Source of the DNA: Lingula anatina
Lineage: Eukaryota > Animalia > Brachiopoda
DNA length: 64,000 bases
Assembly (NCBI GenBank): GCA_051362555.1
Contig: CM120640.1
Location: forward strand, 62,722,788 to 62,786,787
Direction of reading: 5' to 3'
The position numbers and the translations under genes are program-made. This document shows positions 27,101 to 52,100 of the stretch, in pieces. How positions within the stretch are numbered: the first letter of the stretch is position 1; each line of letters opens with the position of its first letter. Below the pieces are notes generated by a model that was not told the DNA's origin, made no database searches, and was given only the letters and a program-made list of their open reading frames with translations.

Positions 27101-27504
27101 AACATATATAAAATAATGGGGAAATTGCATGATTTTTCAGTGTTTTGGATGAATGAAAAAAAGCAAAGGTGCCATATATGAAATATTGTAAAAAAAAAAG
27201 TATCCGATGTACATGTGCAATCAGAATCCATTTCTTGCAGTATTTGACAACAATATATTGTCTTCTAATACTTAAAGATATGTTGATCCATAAGATATCC
27301 ATGAAATTACTAGCCAGAGTGAGGGTCTTCAGTAGCATATTACTATTTAATACATATTTTTACATTACATTGTCTTTCAGGCATAATGAAGACTATGAAG
27401 CAGTGTTTCTGGTGCAAGGCATGCTGGGTGAAGAACCAAGAAGGTTATATGTCAAAGGTCAAGGGTCATATGATGAGAGGCATGAGGCATTAGTTAATGT
27501 ATAA
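13031..27504 (+). CDS. DLEC1: Deleted in lung and esophageal cancer 1 / CFAP81 (motile-cilium central-pair protein with Ig-like ASH/PapD-type repeats); about 33 coding exons
   Basis: N-terminal [30 protein letters not shown] / [13 protein letters not shown]; internal [50 protein letters not shown] and VRFGTHVSG; C-terminal [22 protein letters not shown]. These match DLEC1 as I recall it. Small GT-AG exons chain in frame (e.g. 13031-13267, 13573-13837, 14052-14230 ... 27381-27504). Confidence 0.93.
13451..13646 (+). repeat. 69-bp exact direct duplication: intronic copy (13451-13519) of the start of DLEC1 coding exon 2 (13578-13646)
   Basis: TGCTGAGAGAGAAAGACGAATGGCAGAAGCTACAATGCTGGAACGGCACATTATGCAGGCACAGGCACG is present twice, 127 bp apart. 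Confidence 0.95.
21142..21172. repeat. (TA)n microsatellite abutting a DLEC1 splice acceptor
   Basis: About 15 TA units immediately followed by TCAG|GTTGAG. Confidence 0.9.
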
Positions 27505-28589
27505 GATGATGAACAAAGATATTTTATCTTAGTAAAGCATCCATGTTTGATTAAAGTGAAATACACTATGAGAAATATGTGAGTGGCAAACACTGTGACA
27601 TTTCTGGACTATGACACTGACCCTGGAAAAATATCAGAAGATATCAGTTATCTTCAATAATAGCTAATTTACCTAATTGTGTATATGTATAAATATATAT
27701 ATTACATTTGTTTTAACATAATTAAAAGACATTAAACTTTAATGTTGTTTTAAAAATGTATATTGAACATTGGAGCACGATTTTATTTTGTAAATAAAAT
27801 TATTGATATTTTTACGGTAAACAGATCTTGTCACATGACTGTTCTCTTTATTATATTCATATATTATCAAAAATATATTATATACATTCTTGTTATATTA
27901 TTATCACTATGCATTTTAGCAAATCAAAAAGTATTATATATGTTTTTTATTCATTAAACTTAATTTTATGAAAGTAAAAACTTGATAAAATCTAAAATCT
28001 ATCTACCCCATGGCCCTCATTAGGTAAGTTAAAAATGCTGGTTAAATATCATCGTTAAAATCAAATTAAATACTGCCAAACCACTTGCAAACATTTTGCC
28101 TGTTTCCTTGTTTTATGCTTTAAAAAGAAAGTTAGCTCTTTACATGTGTGTTTTATGTTTTAGCGATGGTGTTTTTTACTTGGGATTCAAGCAGATTTAC
28201 ATTTACATTTCTTTTTTTTTGGTACATTTATGGATTTAGCTGTTATGAATCCACTGAAAATACAATAAAAAGGAAAGGAATTTTGAACAGCTATAAAATA
28301 CCCTCTATAAAACAAACGTTTTTCATCTAATATGCAGTAAACAATGAAAAATTCTGAACATTTCTTTACAAGAGGTTTAATTCATTGATTGGCATGCTGC
28401 TCTTTGGCAATCATTTACATGTAAGTGCTTTAGAACCCCATTTTAAATTTAATCAACATAACATTTTTATCAAAATTAATTTCATTATTTTTGTATTTTT
28501 TTCTAATTTTTTTTTTTTTTTTTTCTATGACAAATGAAATTAAATGATGGCAAATACAGCTACATGAAGAATAAATAAATGTGCAGAAT

Positions 28590-29160
28590 AAAGCGAGTGC
28601 GTCTCTTGGGGAGCGAATAGTGAAATCCTAGCGGCGACCTTGAAGACCTTGTCAATCACGCTCTATGTTCAACGTGATTGGCTCGTGAGCTCCTGAGGGC
28701 GTTCGCGGACAGAGTAACCGACATCTCGCGCCAATTTTTGGTGGGGCGTAAATATAGCGAACAACAACTGATAGTTTTATTTTACAATTTGGGTGTTTAT
28801 CAGAATAATTTTTCGAAATCGCCACACAGAGGGATAGAACATTTCACAGCAACGCATGTAGAAAATTTAATGAAGTTGGTAAGTGTCGTTTATCGGACAA
28901 TCCGGAAAAAAAATACTGGGTCGTTCGCTTCGCGTGTAGCCAGCAGACAGCAAGAGCGTAATGTTACCGGTTATTTGGGTTGTCTTCCTTAGTAATAATA
29001 TTAAACGATAATAGTAGCAGAGACGACAAGCAATCTTTGTGATGTACTGAGAAATTTCTTAATTTATGTGAACAAATCTGACGTCGTGTGAGATGTAATC
29101 AGGTAAGAATTGAGGACTAGTAAGTACAGTATAGTGTCGGTTGTCGAGCGCGCCATAATG
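28590..29160 (+). promoter_or_regulatory. CpG-rich promoter and non-coding first exon(s) of E2F7/8, with E2F site and CCAAT box
   Basis: Reverse-strand TTGGCGCGAGA at 28724-28734; ATTGG at 28677-28681; strong donors TTG|GTAAGT (28878) and CAG|GTAAGA (29102). Confidence 0.65.
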
Positions 29161-29381
29161 TGTACTAAGATTACCCAGTTATATTTGGAAATTGGAATTG
29201 AAATTTAATAACTTTTTTATGTTTTCCCTTATCCATATATGTTCTCAACACATCTGAACTTTATATAAAATGATAAAACAGATTTGTAATTATAATTTTT
29301 ATAAAACCATGTGTTGTCTTCTGATTTCCAATTGTCTTCATTTGTTAGACTATTTGAATTATGTATAATTTCAGGATCATT

Positions 29382-32300
29382 ATGTCAAGGGAAAAGCAAC
29401 CTCTATTGCCCAATGGCTTTGATTTAGCTAGTCTTCAAGATCTGGATAATGATTCAGATGCTGAGGCAGCGTATGAATCCTTCAGGACTGACCAAGGTGT
29501 CCCAACATTTTCACAGGAGAGTGATCCAGGTGTGACCCTGTCTCAGGGCTCCACCTGTTCACACCAATCACAAAGAGATGAATATACCAATCAGTGTCTG
29601 CAGTCACAGACTGATTATGATCTCACAGACTCTGTACTGAAAGAAAACCTTGCAATTCCTGATTCACTTTCAGACGTTATTCAGGAAGCAGAGAACATGG
29701 TGCACACTCAGGTACTCTCCAGTGAGAACTTTGTCCAGCCTTTACAAAAAATGTCCAGGCCTCCTTTGGGTGTCTGTAACCTTAATATACCAGCAGAGGA
29801 CAGTGCTTTTTTGAGTCCAGTTACTCCAACAAAAGCAACAGATTTGAATGTAGATCCGTTAACTCCTACTGCCAACTTGAAGATTTTGATCAGCGCAGCA
29901 AGTCCAGAAATAAGGAATAGAGACAATAAAAAGAAAGAACTTTTTAAACAAGAGGAGATGGCATTAGGACAGTCCTCGGATTCTTGGACAGGCAGTGAAT
30001 CCCTTTCCTCAGATTGCCATTTTGAAGATGGAGATGATGATAAAAATTATTTGCAAGGAGGGTTAAGCAGGAAAGATAAATCTTTAGGACTGCTTTGTCA
30101 AAGGTAATTTTTTTTAATCCAAGATTTTTGATAAGTAAATACTTTTTTTGTAAATATTAATGTGTTTTGGAACTATTCAAATTATTTTGTTCCCTTGAAT
30201 TAAATTGTTACAAATATTGAAATATTGAAATTTCATGTTGTCAGTTATCTGGTTAAGAGAATCTTTTTGCAGTCAATGAAAATATTTGAGAAAGGAATTA
30301 ATGAAACCAATGTACATCTTTATCCACTAGTTAAAACTCTTAATTATAAACCCAATGCCAGCTAATCCTGCATTATTTATACTGTATCTTATAGAGCAAG
30401 AGTCTTAGTTTTCAGCTGTTCTTAATCTGAGCTTGAAGACAGATAAAATAAAGCTTGAACCTTGCCTGAACCTAGGGTGTGTGTATAAAACAGACAAAGA
30501 TTATTTTAAAACTTAGTATTCAGTTGGGGATAAAGATTTTAATCTAATAGAACAAGAACTTAAAAATATTTGAACAAATGTGCCAAATAAGATACAAATG
30601 AAACCACTAAAAACAAATAAAACTATGCTCTCATTTTATGTTGATATACAGATTATCCAAATTGAAATAAATTAAAATATTAAAATATATGTTATTTCAA
30701 GTTCAATCCACCTTTCAACTTTTTTATATTAGTTGAAAGTCAACAGAAAGTTTTTATGAAGACAAGACAAAGTTGTCTGTACATGAAATTCAGTAACTTC
30801 TTTTAGTCATATCACCTGTTTCCCAACCCATTGAAGTTTGCAGCCTGCCTATTTATACTTAAGGTGCTCCTTGTAATTATCTGAATTGTCACTTGAAAGA
30901 GTCTGATTGAATGATAGAATAGCTGATAGTAAAAGGTGACCAGGTGTCTCACTCTTTTTTAATGCCCAGACTAATTTATAGTCTAGTCTCATCTAATTAA
31001 AGGTCTGGTCTCTTATGAAGTGTTACAAGTGTTTGTTAATACAAAATATGTTGAAATTTTATGGTGCCTTTCATGAAATCAAACAGGTTTTTGAAAGAAT
31101 TGACCCATCAGTTTAATGGTGTCTTTTCAGGTTCTTATCCAAGTTTCCAGAATATCCAGCGCAGTCTGAGATCATTGAGATATCTCTGGATAGTGTGGCC
31201 AAGGGTTTGGGTGCGTAAAGTACAAATAATACACTTAATACAATTCTGAACACATGAACATCTTGAATTGTAAACAGTGGCTGGACTATTGTATGGTTTT
31301 GAATATATAATGTCTAAATGATGAGACAGGGTGAAATAATAAAGTACAAGCTTAAGTAATCAAAATATTTATATGAAATGAATTGGCCACATAATATCAA
31401 ACTATCTAGTATTAAGATAACTTTTAGTGCTGTATGCAGAACTGATAATTTGAGTGTTCAACGATTTGTTAAGTAACCATTCAAGTTCATTTGAATTTCA
31501 TTTTTAGGTGTTGAAAGACGGCGTATCTATGACATTGTGAATGTTCTGGAGAGTGTTGAAGTTGTAAGCAGACAGGCTAAAAATAAATATTTGTGGCATG
31601 GTAAAACTAATCTGCCCCACACATTGGCAAGACTGAAGGTTTGTAGCTTTAGGACACGTGCTCAAGTTTTTTGAAATACTTAAATATATAAAAAATATTT
31701 TGGCCAACCAATAATTTCTTCACTACGTACAGACACAGATGTGTCTGTACGTATAGCCATCACCTGTCATTGCCGTCACCAAGCACTTTCAGGGATAATA
31801 CAATTAGTGAAAAAACGTTTTACCTTTTGTCTTCACATTTAAGGAACTGATGAGTGTTCATAAAATACAGGTCAAGTTCGAAAATCACCACAATCAGGCC
31901 ATTATTTCAAAATGTTTTTTTTTTCTTTTTTCAGTATATATATATATATAATACTGATAATATATTTCAAGGAAAATCAATAGGCTTATTGTCTTGAAAC
32001 TCAGGAGTTATCAATCTTATTGAAATACAGGGAGAGTTGGAAAATCAGCTTGATAAGACAATTTTTCCCAAATTTCTGCTGTTTATTTATTCAGCGTATA
32101 TGCAATACAGACAACAAATTTAGCGGAAAACAGTTGACTTGTCTTCAAACTTACAGGAATGATTAATATTACTAAAATACAGATCAAGTTCCAAAACCAA
32201 ATAACCTTTTTTGTGCATCATTTTTTTTTCCTTTTGGTCTGTACATTTGACAGCTATGCTGCCTTGATTTTCAAAGGATACTGTACAAATAATACTATTG

Positions 32301-35300
32301 GTTAAATATTCTTAGACTTGCCTAAATAAGAATTATTTTGGAAATGAAACCCAAAACATGTGGGTTGTTCTTAATTTCAAAACCCAGTATGTGAATATTT
32401 AATCACTTTCGTATGTATGTCTTCACAGACTCTTGCCAAACTGGAGGGTTTTGCTGAGAAGATTGAAAGAATGAAAGAATTTGAGATGAGCAGAGATGTA
32501 GACAGTGGTGATGAGTTTGAGTTTCCCAGCAAATTAAGCACAATGTCGGTCCAGGAGAGCCTGTCCTTTCAGAACCAGGAGAACATGGATGCCTATGCAC
32601 AGGGTAAGACTGGAAACTGCTTGTAGTTATTTTTATCTGTGGTGATCAGGGCTATCATAGACCCAGGTGGACATCACTGGATGGCTGTGGATGTAAGAGA
32701 TCTTGGGAACTTTGGTCTTAAACACCTGTTTGACTGGTGTGTAGCTTTAAGGTTATATTTGTTCTTCTTGTTAGTCCTGATGTTAGCATGCTTACAGGCT
32801 GTTAAGTCACTGTCAGTAATTTTAGATACAAGGTTTTTGTCAGGCCACAACATTTTATCGTCCATTTACAACAACTTGGTAAAACATGCTGAGCTTATTT
32901 TTGTTTTCTCTAATTTTAGCTCATCTGAGAAAAGACAGATCTCTAGGAATTATGAGTCAGAAGTTTCTGATGTTATTTTTGGTGTCAAAGGTGAGGAATG
33001 TATATATTTAGGAACTTCTGTTAATGGTTCAGGGATATGTATAGTTAATTATATTCATGAATTTGCCTTTGCTTTATTTTCAAAAATGAATGAGTTAATA
33101 ACATTGAACACAGTATTGAATTCAGTGCATTTAGTAATGTTACTTTTTTGTGTTACATTTTTTAGCCCAAAATGCTAAATTTGGATCTTTCTGCCAAAAT
33201 ACTCATTGGGGATCCAAATATTGACCGGACAGATGGCTCAAAATTTAAAAGTAAGTATTTTAACCAATTACTTAATGCAAACCAAAATATATCCTAACAA
33301 CATAAATATCATTAATTAGTATTGGCAAATGAACATAAGACTTTTATTCAGTGTATTCATTCAAACAAATTAAAATTTTTGAATTCAATATTTATATGTT
33401 GTTTTCAGCTAAAATTAGAAGACTTTATGACATAGCCAACATTCTCACCAGTCTGAACCTAATCAAGAAGGTTCATGTAACAGAAGTCAGGGGTAGAAAA
33501 CCAGCTTTTATGTATATTGGACCAGATCTCAGCAGCTTGAGTGAAGTAACAGGTATATTTATGTTTATAATTAAGTCTATCTAGCTGTGACAAATTGCCA
33601 AAAAACTATTTAAATTTAACAATGTGACTCATTTTATTACTATGTTGCATTATCAAAATGAAAAATAATGATCAATGTCAACATTTTCAGCATGTTCGGC
33701 AGATGGAAGTGAAAACCATCGACCTAGTACAAAACACTCCATGTTGGACTGTGTTATGAACCCTAAGGGTAAGAAGTTAAAACACTGTCAATAGGTTGAC
33801 TTGCATTCTTACTTTGTGTTGTGTGCATGTTTTTTTTCTGGTTAACAGTTTTTTAAATCAAAGATCTTGTGGTCTTTGAAAGTTTTTGTAATTTGCAAGT
33901 ATTTACTTTTGTCTGCTGAATGAATATTCGGTATGCATTACAGTGTACTTTGTTTGTTTGCAGTGTGTGGACTAACAAGTGCTCAGAAAACCCCTGCTCC
34001 TCTTCACCCCAAAAACTCCTTAATAAACCAGGCTGTTGGTCCAGTAGTATTAAATAAGCTGGAATCTGGAGCAGTGCCAGTTCCAGTCCCTAGAGGTGAG
34101 TTGCTTTAGTGATTGCCATGTGAACGATTGCTTGTAGACAACTTACATTATAGATTTGGCAGGCCATTTGTCAGAAGTGGGCTTTTCATTTTTCACGTCA
34201 CGTCTTTTTTTTTTAATTTTTTTGCAATTTGACTTTGGCACAACATAAATAACTTTAAGACAATTTGATTCTTAACTACTATACAAAAGAATGATTTTTT
34301 TTTGTTCTTGTTGTTGTTAAGGACGATAAAAAGTACAGAGTTTTAATATTACTTTATACTATTTTCCAAATAGCAAATATGGCAGCTAGATAATCAAATG
34401 GATTATTGTAACTTATCATTTGATTAACTTCTCCTCAGCACATCTTGGTATCTGCCTACACCTACAAGTACATTGAAAGATCTTTTATGTCTTGAGACAT
34501 TCATAGATAAAACTTGTGTGAACAGTCTCATATAAGGTGTGAGTTAAAAATCTTAAGATTAAAGTTTCAAAGATAGTTATTTAAATTTTTCAGAAGACAA
34601 AGGCAGAGTCCAGTCCATCAAACAGGAAGAACGAAGTACCAAACTGACTGGGAAAAAAGGGTTTACTAGACATTCATCTTTTGAACTCATCTGCAAGGCT
34701 GCAGAGGATGAAAGAAGCAAATTGTACTCAAATGCCTCAAGTCCTGGCACACTATCACGTAGTCAAGGTATTGTTTATGTACATTTAACATATCTGAATG
34801 AATGTTTCAGTTTAGCATTATAATATACACTTGTGTATGTTCCATTATTACATTTAAACTATATACTTTTCACGTAATTTTATTTTATTTTATTTTAATT
34901 AAAAATTTTTTATACATATTTATAGAAATATTTAAAATACAACCCTGTTTTCCTGTAAATTTCTGTAACATTGTTATATTAAAGTCAAGTTTTTTTGGTT
35001 ACAGGTAACATTCCAATGACCCTAAAATCACTGCTAGACAGAAAAGAACCTCTTAGTCAATCAAACATGCACACAACAGAAAATTTGGCACCCAGGACAG
35101 AGATTCCATCCAAGAAAACACCAACATCTCTGCCTGAGCAGCAACCAGTGACCAGAAAGCGCATTGTGATAATCAAAGGAGACAAGAGGGTTCACATCAT
35201 GCAGGAGAATATCCCCAGTGGTACAGCTGTCCGAAAGGTCACTCTGACTCCTGTTGGGCCATCTATGATCAAAGGTCAAGAGCAAAAGTCCAGTGAAAAG

Positions 35301-36725
35301 ATCATAATTAAGACAGTACCTGATGACAAGGGTTCTGGAAAAGTGTCTGTATCCAAGGACCAGCTGACAGCAGTACTGCAGCCTGTGAATCAGACCACAA
35401 CCCACGCTGAGCATACTGATGTAAAGCCAGAGAATTTGGCCCCTTCCATTGTAACTGGTGAGCAATTCACATCTGTAAGTGAAGCTGCAGTGCGTCGTAG
35501 CAAAAGAACTGTGCAGCAGCACCATCTTGCTGGAGACTTCCATTATGAGATGCCAGGCAAAAAGATCAAGGTTGATCAACAAGTAGCAGCAGACAATCCC
35601 AATGTACACCAGTCAAAGCATGAAAGCCAAAGCTCACCGGAAAACACCTGCTCTGCTCAAGATTCTGAAGTGGCAAATATCACCCAGCGGCCAGTTGAGA
35701 GGACAAGGAGGGAGAGTAAAGGAAGACCTTCCCCTCTACGAGCACTACACCTGCAGGCAGAGTTCCGGTCATCTCCTCCACTGTCACATCTACCTATCCC
35801 ACCTGCCCAGTCATCAGATGTGGTGACCAAGGTCTCTGAGGGGGACCTGGAGTTGGCATCCCCTTTACCCATAGAGGAACAGCAGTATGGTGGTGGTAGT
35901 GGTGATTGTGAAGTCGAGAAAGTTAATACACATGTTGGCCAACAGAACAGTTGCTCTGCCATGCATGCAGTTGCCCCACAGATGTTCATGCAAACCCATC
36001 AGCACTCAGATTGTTCAGTGTTTAAGTTCCCAGTCCAGGTCTCCTCAACAGCAGCATCATATCAACTGCCCATTTCTCCTGGGTATTTTCAGGTTTCTAA
36101 AGTCCCAGCTTTTTTCCCTCATCATCATCATCATCCTCATCCTCCTGTACCTTTCTCTGCCCCCTCCCAGTGGTATGGAAGGTCATCAGTACAGTTTATG
36201 CCAGGGGGTTTCAACACCGGTCCATTGCATGTTATCCCACCAGCTGAGATCTTGTCCCCACCAGCTCTAAGCCCCTTCAGCAGCTCTCCAAGCCCCAACA
36301 GCAGTTCTAATGTGTTCTCATTTGGTAACCCATCTGATCTTAGGACACCAGAAGCTGTCGAGAAGCGTCCATTTTCTTCCTCTTCTTCCATGTCTCAAAC
36401 CTCGCCGCTCGGTGACCTAAGTTCACTTACGCCTAGTATTTCACAGGTGCCACTGTTGAATATTTCTCCAAAGAACAAATCTGTTCTTACTGCTGGAGAA
36501 AGTTGCTCAGTTACCAGCTATCATTCCGCTCTAGGAATGGCAACACCACAGCAGATGCATAATTCTTCTGTTTCACAATATGCAGATCCACTTTCTTATC
36601 CCAGGACTCCAGGATTTGTAACCCCTGATAGTTCACAGAATATTCCCCATACTGTAACTGGAAATATGTCCACCACTGCTAGACATCTTCAGTTACTTAA
36701 CAACAACAATAATATATGTGGATGA
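29382..36725 (+). CDS. E2F7/8: Atypical E2F transcription factor (E2F7/E2F8 co-ortholog). Exons 29382-30103, 31131-31210, 31508-31638, 32429-32603, 32920-32990, 33166-33250, 33409-33552, 33691-33768, 33964-34095, 34594-34767, 35005-36725
   Basis: KEN box; family motif [23 protein letters not shown]; DBD1 [31 protein letters not shown]; DBD2 [53 protein letters not shown]; FTRHSSF motif; long S/P-rich tail. Splice phases are consistent. Confidence 0.95.
31724..32210 (+). mobile_element. Degenerate Helentron/HINE (pearl-like) remnant in an E2F7/8 intron
   Basis: Perfect 14-bp stem TACGTACAGACACA-GA-TGTGTCTGTACGTA, followed by three diverged 150-162-bp units (starts about 31829, 31991, 32141) sharing GTCTT(C/G)A.A.T...AAATACAG..CAAGTT..AAAA.C. 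Confidence 0.5.
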
Positions 36726-38159
36726 AATTGAGTTATAGCAATAAGTGATAAATATTGAATAAGGTTGCAATGGATGTTTCTTTGTTATATTACTTGACTG
36801 TTTCCTGTATGGCATTAACACTAGGGGAAAATGTATTGTTACTTTTACTACCTTATCTAATGCCCAAGGAAGTGAAATTAAACTTGTGTTTGTATGGTTT
36901 TATGAGTGGCAGTATTTAAACAGTATTTAAAGTAATTAAGTTATTTTTCAGGTATAATAATTTAATTTTAATGGTTTGTAGACATTTACTGTTGCACTTT
37001 GATTTTAATAATTAGTAATCAAACTTCAGCAACAAAAGCAAGTTGTTTTAAATATTTCATTTTGAATATTTTTATATATGCCAAGTTTAAAATGAGCACA
37101 TGGTTATAAGTAAAGCACAATCTTTTTATGATGTATGCCAACATGCTTCTATAAATGTTTTGATATTTGTACAGCATCTTGTACAAATTGGAAATTAGTT
37201 TTCTTTATTATTTAAAGAATTTTCATCTGTATATTGTTTAATTTCAAATGACAAGTTAGTAGGTCAAGGACCTGATGTATTTGTAGTGTTATATTGTTAT
37301 ACAGCAGCTATGTACTCTCACTAGCTTTAGACTACATTCTTTGTCATATTGGTTGTGGGTGATATGACATGTAAAAACAACTAGAACCAGTGAAATTTGC
37401 TCATGAATGAGGCAGCAGTTAATACCAACCATAGCTATCCATTTACCAGGTAATTCTTCAGGGACCAATAGGTTATTAACATTAGTGCAAGAAACATTAT
37501 CTTTTGATAATATTTAGTTATGAGAAGTTGTATATCTGTTAGATATAGGGAGATATTAGGTGCTTCATTTGTTTTGTATTGCAATTTTTAATCCAGTGTG
37601 TTAGTGTTAAAACTAAAAGGATGTACAGCACACACAAAGGAATGAGTAGACAATGTAAAGGAAGCTAGTTCAATTCATCTTTAATGATGGCCATGCAAAA
37701 TGTATTCAATCAGAAATCAGTTGAAATAAATGTAAATACAGAACTAATTTAGTGTTGTGCCCTTTTTAACTTTTAAATGCATCATTTATTTGAAAAGCTC
37801 TGGCTTATCTTAATTAGATTATTGTTAAAAAATAAATAAATCAGTTCGTGAAATACAGTTAAATTTGTGATTTTTTTACTGCCTCCATAAGGACAGTGAA
37901 AAACTTAATTAGAATCAAATTATTACTACTTTTGAAAAAAGAATATATCAAGGAAATTTCATTCTAAAAGTACTTTTAAATACCTATCCATTTTCCGTTG
38001 AACTTGATAAAAAGTGAAAAAAAAAACGTTTGCATTTTGCCGCTGTCATACAGTCTACATTGTAAATTAAAAATACAGTAGCCACCTCATTTGAAGTGTG
38101 TTCCTTTTCAGAAGCTACTCCTTAGAACTTTTTTCACTATTGAAGATACCCTAGAATAT

Positions 38160-38305
38160 TCCTTTTTACGCGAGGGCCGTAACATAAGAACTGGTTTGGC
38201 ATAATTAATCTCTCTAAAAGAATTATGCGTCACATGACCATGTTTGGACAACGTAATGAGATTGGTGCAAGGAGAAGTGAAGGTAAATGCTCGTGACGTC
38301 ACAAA
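38160..38305 (+). promoter_or_regulatory. Taxilin promoter
   Basis: CpG-rich; perfect CRE TGACGTCA at 38294-38301; TGCGTCACATGA near 38226; ATTGG near 38261; YY1-like CAAAATGGC overlapping the ATG. Confidence 0.6.
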
Positions 38306-49175
<10,870 letters not shown>

Positions 49176-52100
49176 TAGTCAGACCAGTAGGACTGAGGTA
49201 TAGCAGCGGAACCCTACTCCAGCATTGCTATAGTATAGCACATGAATATGGAAAAAAATTGCAGCTAATTTTATAAATTGAATTGAAAGACTTGATTAGT
49301 TAATGGGTATGTGCAGGGATTGACTGTCAGACTCAAGCATGCTTTCAGTTGGATTGTTTTTGTTTATTTATAACCTAAGTTTGTTTACCAAGAATAGTTA
49401 AATGAGTATAAGCTTGTCAAGGTTAGACTGATAAATGGGTAAATAGGAGCCCATATTTGATCTGTCTGAGTATGATGATTCATAGTCCTGTGTCTTACTT
49501 GCCTCGGCCTGTCTATTCTGATACTGGGCAAGGTGTTGAATGCTTTCACATTTATCCTCCTCTGTGTTGATGTGGATTGTGTTCCTATTTCCATCTTTTA
49601 TATGTGCCAGAGCCCCCCTCCCCCCTTTTTCACTTTTGACTTGTCAACAGAGTTCAGTTTTTATTATCATATTTAATACAAGTGTACCGAATTATGCATA
49701 CAGTGAAACATATCATATGCAAACATTGTCATGTTCCATATAAGGGATGGTGTTAATGGTTGATGAGTATAAAAAAGCACCTATGCGTGTAATCATTGAC
49801 TACATGAGCTGAATCATGTAGCACACCTTATAGACCATGTTAGAAATCAGCTGGTGCCAGTGACACATCTGGTTGTACTCCCAGACCCTTGATTTTATCT
49901 GCAGGAAAGTTATATTTGTGCACAAGTAAAAAGCTTTGGTGGTATATGCATGCATACCTTTTGAAACAAGCAGGCAGTGTAATTCTGTACTCCTAGTAGC
50001 TTCTAGAAAATAAATACCATTTTCAAATTGATCTTATAAAGCTGTTGTTTTTGAGGCAGTAGGTCAAATTTGCAGCAGTAAACTATTGTTGAAATTTGGC
50101 ATGCAGCCAACGTATGCAATTGGAGCCCTGGACGTGTCTCATATCCCAAGCGAATTATGGGTTTGCTGGAAGGAAGTTTCCTCTAAAGCCTACATTAAGT
50201 GTGAACATACTGGTAGACATGATAAAAGCTGATACATTATGTTGGTCAGAATCCCACTTTATAGACATCCTAGTTGATAATTATTTTTGTAGCAGCCTTG
50301 ATATTAAACAATAGGTCATAATCATGAAATCTGAAAAAAACAAAAAAACAAACAAACATATAAATCTTAAAATATTACATAGTTTTGAACCTTTTCAAAA
50401 AATTTCACGTATCAATTTACACAATTTTCTAGAGTAATGAATGTATTTGTGCTCTGTATAATTAACAACTTTTAAGGTTGTTTTTGATGGTAATGTGCAG
50501 TTGCTCCACAGGTAGTAAAGTCATTAGATGCCTATTTTTGTAGAAAGGTTTTATAGGTCTTCCTCTTTTAACCCATCTGTGGGCTTGTGCTAAATTGCTT
50601 TAACTGTGTTCTGGTAAGAGTTTGGGGTAGATGTGCTGTCTTATCTTTGATTCTAACATAATACTGCCTCAGAGTGAATGATTTAAGTGAAATCACCGGA
50701 TATTCATCTTCATAAGCCATTCACTGAAAAGTGTTATCAAATTTAATCTTAACCACCTATTGCTGTGTAGGCACTTCCCATCTCTTATATCTTCTTATAA
50801 TGCCACTTACTTTTATATGATATAATATAATCCCTCATTTCAGCTTTGCATAATGTGCACTGAGGCTATTGAACAGTTAACTTTACATGTGCAACATGTG
50901 CTAGAAAGAATATCAATTTTTCATCCTGTCATGTTAAAGTACTTGTACCCATCAACACACTTAACCCAGATTTGTAATGGCTAATAATATTCCCATTGTA
51001 TATCAACAATAAAGGCCTTGGCTCAGTCAGGCGTGGTACCTGCTGCAATGGGAAGTGCTGTTCTGCTATGTTGCCAGTTAAGCTTGTCTATGTGCCTAAC
51101 TGCCATGTAAAGGAGGCTTTTAGAAAATGTTCCCAACCCAAATACACAATAGTATATACCTGAGTCATACAAACATTTGTATGCCCAAATTAGCTTCCTT
51201 GCTAGTGCTGGTATTGATTAAAATGATCGAGTTTGATAAATAAGTATTGTGTTTTAATGAAAATATCCTGTTTTGATAATTTAAGTAAGATATATTTGGG
51301 TCAACAATATAAGCTGTCATCTCTAGCAAAATGTGAGTGCACATATCAAGGTTTTCACCAACATATTAATCTCCATCATCTGATATGGGCACATGTTGAA
51401 AATTATTTGAGGAAATAATGCAAAGGACCTTGCAAGCTCCCAGATTATCTAATATTATTGGTTGTATGGGAACTGCTAAAGGAAACATGAATGTCTAAAA
51501 AACAGTGTACAAAACAGGAATTTGAAACTGTTTATCATGCTGAAGCACATGCAACTGGTAGACGCACATTGCCAGGATCCCAGTGCTTCTCATAGTTCAC
51601 AACACCTCAAATTCTATGACCTGTATGTAATAGAAGTTTTACGTGGAGTAAGAGGTAGAATTCTTTAGTCCAAAATTGGTGACCCATGTGCAACGTATGG
51701 TAAACTGTTTACAGAAGGGCATTTTGGCAATGGACATAACCTTTCTTCCGAATTTAAACGGGAGACCTTAGCTGCATAATTTATAAAACCATCTGCATAG
51801 AAAGTAGGTCAAAATAATATATTCAATCTGCTGGATTCATCGATTTATTCTGCTGGAATAAAGAGGGTCAGGTTAATCCAACTATATAGTTGGCTCTCTG
51901 CCACATTTTGTTGCCATGACCCAAATCAATTAAAGTTATTTTTGCTTCAACCAGGTGAGATGACAAATAGTTTCGTTTCATTCCCTCCTAGCTGAATGTA
52001 CCCCACCATGCTTCTGAAGTATTTTTTCCTGTATTATTTTTCACGTAAACACAATGCAGGCTTATTTCAACATTACAGTCATGGTTTTCCCTGTTGAAAA

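Noticed and set aside
32639-33178. 179-aa hydrophobic ORF inside E2F7/8
   Set aside because: It is T-rich intron sequence with a GTG start. The real DBD2 exon (32920-32990) lies within it in another frame.
29382-35005. U12-type intron, as found in canonical E2F genes
   Set aside because: No donor matches RTATCCTT; all assembled junctions are ordinary GT-AG.
35061-36391. Antisense and alternative-frame ORFs over the last E2F7/8 exon (similar ones over the GPCR, FBXL and HECA exons)
   Set aside because: These are shadow ORFs of coding exons with no recognisable domains.
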